Assembly: GCA_963707985.1 (NCBI GenBank) | Contig: CAVPRW010000010.1 | Span: 96,001-160,000 of the forward strand | DNA from: an uncultured Nitrospinota bacterium | Lineage (GTDB): Bacteria > Tectomicrobia > Entotheonellia > J063 > CAVPRW01 | Reading direction: 5' to 3' | Length of the DNA: 64,000 nt | Part shown: positions 59,389 to 64,000 of the stretch, in pieces | Layout of the letters: every line of letters begins with the position of its first letter | Numbering within the stretch: the stretch's first letter is position 1 | Notes under the pieces: model-generated | Told to the model about the DNA's origin: nothing | Seen by the model: the letters and a program-made list of their open reading frames with translations, nothing else | Database searches by the model: none | Made by a program: the position numbers and the translations under genes

Positions 59389-61056
59389 ATGAGCGAATCC
59401 CCCCTTCGCGATGGCCGCCAACATATCGTTCACGCAGGAGAGACCTTATCGGGTATTGCCCGACAGCATGGCGTGACCCTCAGCGCGCTGCTCACCGCCA
59501 ACCCAGCGATCCACGACCCCGACCGCATTGCCATCGGGCAAATCATCGCCATTCCAGCCCAGTCCACACCCGCCGCGCCTCCCCCTTCAGGGGAAGAAAC
59601 GGGCAGTGAGGGGCTCATCCCTGATGCTGACCCGAACCGAATCCTGGTGCAATTTCAACCCGCTGGCGCTTCTGATGCAACCGCCTCACAGGACGGATTG
59701 GTGGTACGTAACATCCACGGGGTCCAAGCCTCTGAAACGATGGCGGAGACCGATCGCAGGCGGGTCATGACGCACAAGGCCAAGTTTGAAACAGCTGCCA
59801 GGCACCTTGGCTTGCCTCCGGCGTTGCTCGCCGCCATTGCGAGCCGGGAGAGTCGCGGCGGCTCTCCCGCGGTTTTGGACGCGCAGGGCCTGGGCGACCA
59901 CGGGCACGGCTTCGGGTTGATGCAGGTGGATGACCGCAACTCGTTCGCCGTCGTGCGGGAGGGGGGTCCGTTCGGACAGCCGCACATCGATCAAGCCACC
60001 GGTATCCTCCGGGATAAACTCAATGAGGTCAAGCGTAGGTTTCCTGATCTATCCGAGGTTGAGTACCTGCAAGCTGCGGTGTCCCGCTATAATGGCGGCG
60101 GACGTCTGCCACCCCCCGACTCAGACGTCGGTACGACCGGCGGCGATTATATGAACGACGTGTGGGCACGGGCGCAGTACTATGCCCGTGTGGAACGATG
60201 GGGTGACGGCATCCCTTCGCCGGCGGCGGAGCCGCTTGCAGAGTCGCCATCGCCTCCTGAGCGGCAGCCCGACACCTTTGTTCCTGCGCCCTCCCTTGAG
60301 GATGTACGGGACGGCAGAGCCGCCTTGGCACTGGGACAGAAGGGAGACGCCGTGCACCACGTTCAGCTGTTGCTCGGCATCTCGGTCGATGGCAAGTTCG
60401 GGTCGAAAACAAAAGAGGCGGTCGTCGCGTTTCAGCACGCCCATGCGATAGACGTCCTTCTAGAGGGCGAGGGGAACATCGGCAAAGCGACGCTCGCCGC
60501 CCTCGAAGAGGCCGGCAAGACGACCTCAGCTGCCGTCTCCAGCATTGACCCACGCAACAAAACTCCACAGGTTCACCCGGAGTTGCGGAGGCGCCTCGGC
60601 ATGCTGGCGGAAGCCTTAGCCGGCCGTGGCATGCAGGCGATGATCACGGACGGACTGCGCACGTTTGCGGAACAAGACGCGATTTTCGCGCAAGGGAGAA
60701 CGAAGCCCGGCAACATTGTGACGAATGCCCGTGGTGGAGAGAGCAACCACAACTACGGGCTGGCGGTTGACCTGTACCCGGTGATCGAGGGTCGGGTGTT
60801 TACCGACATTCCACAGGATGCTTCAAGAGAGTTTAGGCGACGCTTTGAGGCAGTCCAACAGGCGATCATTGAGGGCGCCGAAGGTTTGGGGCTCACCTCG
60901 GGCATCCATTTTAGCCGCGTTGATCCTCCACATGTACAGCTCATGGCGGAAGATGTCTTGAGGCCACGTCAATGCCTCGAGATTTTCCGTACCCACAATA
61001 ACAATTTGGACGCCGTGTGGGAGGAAGTAAACAGGCGTCTTCAGGGAACGGGGTAA
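59389..61056 (+). CDS. Multidomain peptidoglycan hydrolase: LysM + goose-type lysozyme (GH23) + PG-binding + M15 peptidase
   Basis: HIVHAGETLSGIA; SRESRGG, GLMQVD, DVGTTGGDYMNDVWARAQYY; VDGKFGSKTKEAVVAFQ; RTFAEQ, SNHNYGLAVD, DPPHVQ; AAGGAGG RBS. Confidence 0.88.
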   Translation: MSESPLRDGRQHIVHAGETLSGIARQHGVTLSALLTANPAIHDPDRIAIGQIIAIPAQSTPAAPPPSGEETGSEGLIPDADPNRILVQFQPAGASDATASQDGLVVRNIHGVQASETMAETDRRRVMTHKAKFETAARHLGLPPALLAAIASRESRGGSPAVLDAQGLGDHGHGFGLMQVDDRNSFAVVREGGPFGQPHIDQATGILRDKLNEVKRRFPDLSEVEYLQAAVSRYNGGGRLPPPDSDVGTTGGDYMNDVWARAQYYARVERWGDGIPSPAAEPLAESPSPPERQPDTFVPAPSLEDVRDGRAALALGQKGDAVHHVQLLLGISVDGKFGSKTKEAVVAFQHAHAIDVLLEGEGNIGKATLAALEEAGKTTSAAVSSIDPRNKTPQVHPELRRRLGMLAEALAGRGMQAMITDGLRTFAEQDAIFAQGRTKPGNIVTNARGGESNHNYGLAVDLYPVIEGRVFTDIPQDASREFRRRFEAVQQAIIEGAEGLGLTSGIHFSRVDPPHVQLMAEDVLRPRQCLEIFRTHNNNLDAVWEEVNRRLQGTG

Positions 61057-61277
61057 CGCATCATTCGGAGGTGAGCCCGCTTGTGTGGTTCCACTAGAAG
61101 GGGCATCCGGGCGCAAGATTTGCCCCCCTGACAGCCAGATGCCCCAACACATATAGCTGATGCCATAGCACCCTCACTGCCTTGATTTGAGATGTACAAG
61201 CTCTCTCGGGTAGTCTATGTCCTAATACAGGCAGCCACCAGCAGGCTGTCATCTCATTTCTCCAAAAACGGTGGAGG

Positions 61278-62357
61278 ATGTTCATCAAGGGTTTCATGTT
61301 TCTTCCTAGGCCAAAATTGGGCGTTGTCCTTGTGCTCTCGGCCCTGACGCTGACGACCTGCCTGGGGGCGCACAACAGCTCAGCACAAAGTCATCAACGC
61401 ACCGTCACAGAGAAGCTGCGGGAGATCAGAGCACAATATGGGGCGATCAAGCATGCGCTACCCACGTACCACACGATCGAGCGGGAACTGACAGGCTTCT
61501 CCACCGAGGGAGGCACGCTCAAGGCTTATATTGACCGAGACCAAATCAAAGCCATTGTGGCGGTATTCTATGGAGAAACAGGACGTTCCGATGCAGAGTA
61601 TTACTATGACGGTGCTGGTGAGCTATTCTTCGTGTTCCAAAAGGAAAGCCGTTACGACCAGCCATTTGGGAAGATCATACATGCGCGTGAAGAGCGTTTC
61701 TATTTTGACCGTGGTCAACTGATCCGATGGCTTCGTGATGCGACTACACAGGTCTCGCCGAAGCGCCCTGAGTATCAGGCACGACAGAAGAGCATCTTAG
61801 AAGTCTCAGGACGGCTGGTCGAAACGGTGCGCTCGGGAGACGACCGATCAGCACAGGCTTCTGCGCCAGGGCAGCCACTGGTTGCTGAACCTTTGCGCAC
61901 AGTTGTAGACCAAATAAAGCATCAAACGGGCGTGCCTATCCTACTGCCCAGTGTATTCCCCTCTACGGTACAGCAGCAGCGTATCTATGTCAGCGGTGCA
62001 GCGACCGTAGATGGCTACCAGATTTCGCTGACCTCCCGCCCGCAGTGTGGGGCCAACAGTTGCTTCATTGGGTCTTTCGAGGCCCGGCGTGGGGGCGAGA
62101 TGACGCAAGCCGACGAATCCGCCAATCCCGCCCAAGATCACGACAAATTCATCCATTTAGTGAACGGCATAGAAGCGTATTATAAACCACTGACGTGCGG
62201 CGGATCATGTTCGCCGCCGGTCATCGAATGGGTGAGCGATGGCGTACTTTACCGTACTCAGTTTGACGTGCAATGGCGAAGCAGGTTAATGGCGACCGAG
62301 GTTGAGCAACACATGGTTGCCATGGCCAACTCAGCGATCAAGGGGGGGGCACGTTGA
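61278..62357 (+). CDS. Secreted two-domain hypothetical protein
   Basis: Hydrophobic signal-like N-terminus; STEGG..YGETG domain; Cys pairs CGANSC and CGGSC. Confidence 0.7.
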   Translation: MFIKGFMFLPRPKLGVVLVLSALTLTTCLGAHNSSAQSHQRTVTEKLREIRAQYGAIKHALPTYHTIERELTGFSTEGGTLKAYIDRDQIKAIVAVFYGETGRSDAEYYYDGAGELFFVFQKESRYDQPFGKIIHAREERFYFDRGQLIRWLRDATTQVSPKRPEYQARQKSILEVSGRLVETVRSGDDRSAQASAPGQPLVAEPLRTVVDQIKHQTGVPILLPSVFPSTVQQQRIYVSGAATVDGYQISLTSRPQCGANSCFIGSFEARRGGEMTQADESANPAQDHDKFIHLVNGIEAYYKPLTCGGSCSPPVIEWVSDGVLYRTQFDVQWRSRLMATEVEQHMVAMANSAIKGGAR

Positions 62358-62608
62358 ATTGAGAGTCATATGGCATACATATCGTTGTAGAGCCCGTATG
62401 GTCAAACGCCACAAGGACGTCCCTATGCGTACGTGATGAACTCTTTCCGCGTGGTGGTGATCTTGTGTTCCGGAGCTGGGGGAATGCCATGACGCTTGAG
62501 GATGGTACCGACCGTCTGGACACTGACCGTGTATCCCCGGTTGGCCAATACCCCGACGATCCGTCATAGCCCCAGGTGCGATTCTCCTGCTCCTCTCCCC
62601 AACTGGTA

Positions 62609-62637
62609 TTGACAACCACAGGGGTATCAGCGATAAT
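62609..62637 (+). promoter_or_regulatory. Sigma70 promoter upstream of the candidate selenoprotein
   Basis: TTGACA-17 bp-GATAAT. Confidence 0.6.
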
Positions 62638-62726
62638 CACGAGCCATCAACTGTATTAAGGCATGGCTACTTGGAAAAATGTTCAGGCGCGTGGCTAAAA
62701 CTCGCAGGACACCGGGGATGTCTAGC

Positions 62727-63008
62727 ATGGCTGACGTCTTTCTCACCTGTCTTACCTGAGGCTGGGAACCCCTTTGCAACAGTTGTTGCAATGACAAGTG
62801 TGAACAGCCGATTCATGCGATCGATGTGGATGAGCTTATTACGCCCGAGGAGCGAAAACGGTTTGCCTTTGCACTGGCCAACTTGCATGGGGTCCAGCAT
62901 CTGCATATCGCCTCCGCTCCACGCGGGGAGGCTGTTGATGTGCACCAGCTCCACATGGACGACTGCCAGGTTGTCTACGAGTGCCCACAATATAAGCCCC
63001 GTTCATAA
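62727..63008 (+). CDS. Candidate Cys-rich selenoprotein (CxxU) read through an in-frame TGA at 62757
   Basis: MADVFLTCLT(TGA)GWEPLCNSCCNDKCEQPIHAIDVDELITPEERKRF...; in frame with ORF 62826-63008; SECIS-like hairpin at 62774-62791. Confidence 0.55.
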
Positions 63009-63213
63009 CCCCTATTGCTCATCACCATGATTGCATCGTGCACCACCTTTCAGCGGCCATGAGTGTTGACATTTGAGTCGAGGCCGGCGCTCTTTTACGA
63101 GCTCAGACTGGAAGGACGGGCATAGAGGACAATCACAGCATGGTTGTTTCGCCTGAAGTCTTAGCGGGCGAGACATCTCGTCGGCGGATGACAGACATTG
63201 AGGAGGTGAGAAC

Positions 63214-63705
63214 ATGAGCATTCAAAAGGGTGATCCCATTCCGACGGCGCGAATTTTCGAGCTGGACGCTCAGGGCACATCACATGCCGTTTCGGCCGCA
63301 GAACGTTTCGCAGGCAAGCGCATCGTGCTTTTTGCGGTGCCGGGGGCATTTACCCGGACCTGCTCACAAGTCCATCTACCCAGTTTTGTGCAACAGGTTG
63401 ATGCCATCAAAGCCAAGGGGGTCGACGAGATCGTCTGTCTGGCCGTCAACGATGTTAATGTTCTGGCCGCGTGGGCGCGTGAGCATGGTGCGACGGGCAA
63501 GATCAGCATGGTGTCGGATGGGCTCGCTGAGTTCACGCGCGCGATTGGTCTGGACCAGGACCTGAGCGAGCGTGGCCTGGGTGTGCGCTCCAAGCGCTAT
63601 GCCATGATCATCGAGGACGGCAAGGTCAGTGATATTCAGGTCGAACCCCCAGGTGCGTGTGAGATCAGTAAAGGGGAAGCGGTCCTGCAGCGCCTAGGCT
63701 CTTAG
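63214..63705 (+). CDS. Peroxiredoxin, Prx5-type (redoxin)
   Basis: VPGAFTRTCS..HLP; VND; GLGVRSKRYA; GAGGAGG RBS. Confidence 0.92.
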   Translation: MSIQKGDPIPTARIFELDAQGTSHAVSAAERFAGKRIVLFAVPGAFTRTCSQVHLPSFVQQVDAIKAKGVDEIVCLAVNDVNVLAAWAREHGATGKISMVSDGLAEFTRAIGLDQDLSERGLGVRSKRYAMIIEDGKVSDIQVEPPGACEISKGEAVLQRLGS

Positions 63706-63720
63706 CTCCAGGAGGACAGC

Positions 63721-64000
63721 GTGGCCAAAGATTCGGAGGTTCTTGGAAGTGTGCAAGCAACGGTGACCGATGCTCACCCCGCCGCGTCGTTGTTGCAGCA
63801 TGCCGTCCTACCAGACTTGAACAAGGAAGAAATTGCCCGCTATAGCCGTCATCTGATCATGCCGGAAGTGGGTATGGCGGGACAGCGCAAGCTCAAAGCG
63901 GCAAGTGTGTTGCTGATCGGCGCCGGCGGGCTGGGCTCGCCGCTTGGCTTATACCTGACGGCGGCGGGTGTGGGACGGATTGGCCTGGTGGATTTCGACG
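63721..64000 (+). CDS. moeB: MoeB/ThiF-family adenylyltransferase (cut by window edge)
   Basis: [47 protein letters not shown] before GTG. Confidence 0.88.
   Translation, partial: MAKDSEVLGSVQATVTDAHPAASLLQHAVLPDLNKEEIARYSRHLIMPEVGMAGQRKLKAASVLLIGAGGLGSPLGLYLTAAGVGRIGLVDFD

Noticed and set aside
62667..63030. Alternative ORFs 62667-62990 (-) and 62671-63030 (+)
   Set aside because: No motifs or good RBS; the TGA read-through frame has promoter, RBS, Cys motif and hairpin support.
1..64000. CRISPR arrays, tRNA/rRNA genes, IS elements, prophage
   Set aside because: No regularly spaced direct repeats, cloverleaf or rRNA signatures, transposase, integrase or phage structural genes seen by eye.

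Overview
Bacterial chromosomal window of moderately high GC, dominated by energy metabolism. No rRNA, tRNA, CRISPR array or intact mobile element was seen. In order: nagZ (cut by the window edge), an FAD oxidoreductase, a SorC/DeoR regulator, a reductive-dehalogenase-like Fe-S protein, an amidohydrolase-fold protein lacking most metal ligands, menA-menB, a squalene synthase, and an SBP/DUF2877/fdrA trio. Next is an atypical complex I locus (nuoA-E-F-J-K-L-M-N plus a second nuoJ-K-L-M-N; no nuoB/C/D/G/H/I), whose second NuoL has a 26-aa tandem repeat in its lateral helix. It is followed by TPP-riboswitch-controlled thiSGE, a histidine kinase and sigma54 activator pair, and an alternative sigma70 gene with a sigma54-type promoter. 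A ~14 kb same-strand respiratory cluster then joins a Nitrospira/Nitrospina-type CydA-like protein and three c-type cytochromes to a complete aa3 oxidase with assembly genes. The end holds housekeeping genes (mazG, mnmA, rsmD, a PfkB kinase), a four-domain peptidoglycan hydrolase with a secreted partner, a candidate new CxxU selenoprotein missed by the ORF track, a peroxiredoxin and a partial moeB. Many genes contain single-base insertions, mostly in short homopolymers; these look like sequencing or consensus errors rather than pseudogenes. The respiratory genes suggest Nitrospirota/Nitrospinota/Tectomicrobia-like affinity (inference only). All family assignments come from motif recognition by eye; no searches were run.
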